Below are positions 63,585-64,000 of a stretch of DNA of 64,000 nt, one piece after another (position 1 is the first letter of the stretch; the number at the start of each line of letters is the position of its first letter). This DNA comes from Camelus ferus. Lineage: Eukaryota. The stretch spans positions 27,964,001 to 28,028,000 of the forward strand of contig NC_045697.1 of NCBI RefSeq assembly GCF_009834535.1. The letters run 5' to 3'. The position numbers were made by a program, and so were the translations under genes. The notes below the pieces were generated by a model. The model saw nothing but the letters and a program-made list of their open reading frames with translations, ran no database searches and had not been told where the DNA came from.

Positions 63585-64000
63585 TCTGCAATGGCTTTTT
63601 GATCAATGAGCTTCTAATGGTCTTTGGTGATGACTATCAAATGCCTATGCATATTCATGTGACCATTTCTTATATCCATTCTACATGAAAACTGAAGGAT
63701 ATAACGTAACGTAAACATGTCTAAGATAATATAGTAAAGGCATTTTCTTGAGGTGGAGAGTGAGGAGCAGGACATGGGGAGCCACAGGTAGCATAGCGTT
63801 TAGATCATTTAACTCAGGTGTTCTTAAAGTATATAGTCTGTGGCATGAGAATCTTGTGACGGGCCATGAATTGGTCCCATTCATTGTTACACCTAAAACT
63901 AGGAAGGATGGAAGGCCTCAGGTCTTTTGCCCCACTTCAGTGGACCATGGTCACAAAGAGTTGAAGGGCCAGATAATTAATTTGATAGAATTTAGGCTGC

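Overview
Mammalian genomic DNA, very probably camelid (tRNA-derived Vic-1-like SINEs), from the TLR10-TLR1-TLR6-FAM114A1 locus. It holds an intact single-exon TLR6 CDS (minus strand, 15605-17995, 796 aa), a likely distant TLR6 first exon near 33.0-33.1 kb, the FAM114A1 CpG-island promoter with four recognisable exons, and intronic MIR574. The rest is mostly L1, L2, MaLR and DNA-transposon debris. The standout is a complete but decayed 6.76-kb provirus at 787-7547. It has a perfect tRNA-Ser PBS, class III (ERV-S/ERV-L-like) gag-pro-pol and a very compact gamma-type env. Its unusual features are: (i) env has no local start codon or signal peptide, but the splice donor next to the PBS joins it in frame to a stop-free, hydrophobic reading frame running through R-U5-PBS; (ii) an in-frame gag-TAG-pro readthrough junction; (iii) a degenerate dUTPase-like domain inside integrase; (iv) a gag that is one base from intact; (v) no target-site duplication. 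All counts and alignments were made by eye, and repeat family names come from recognition, not a database search.
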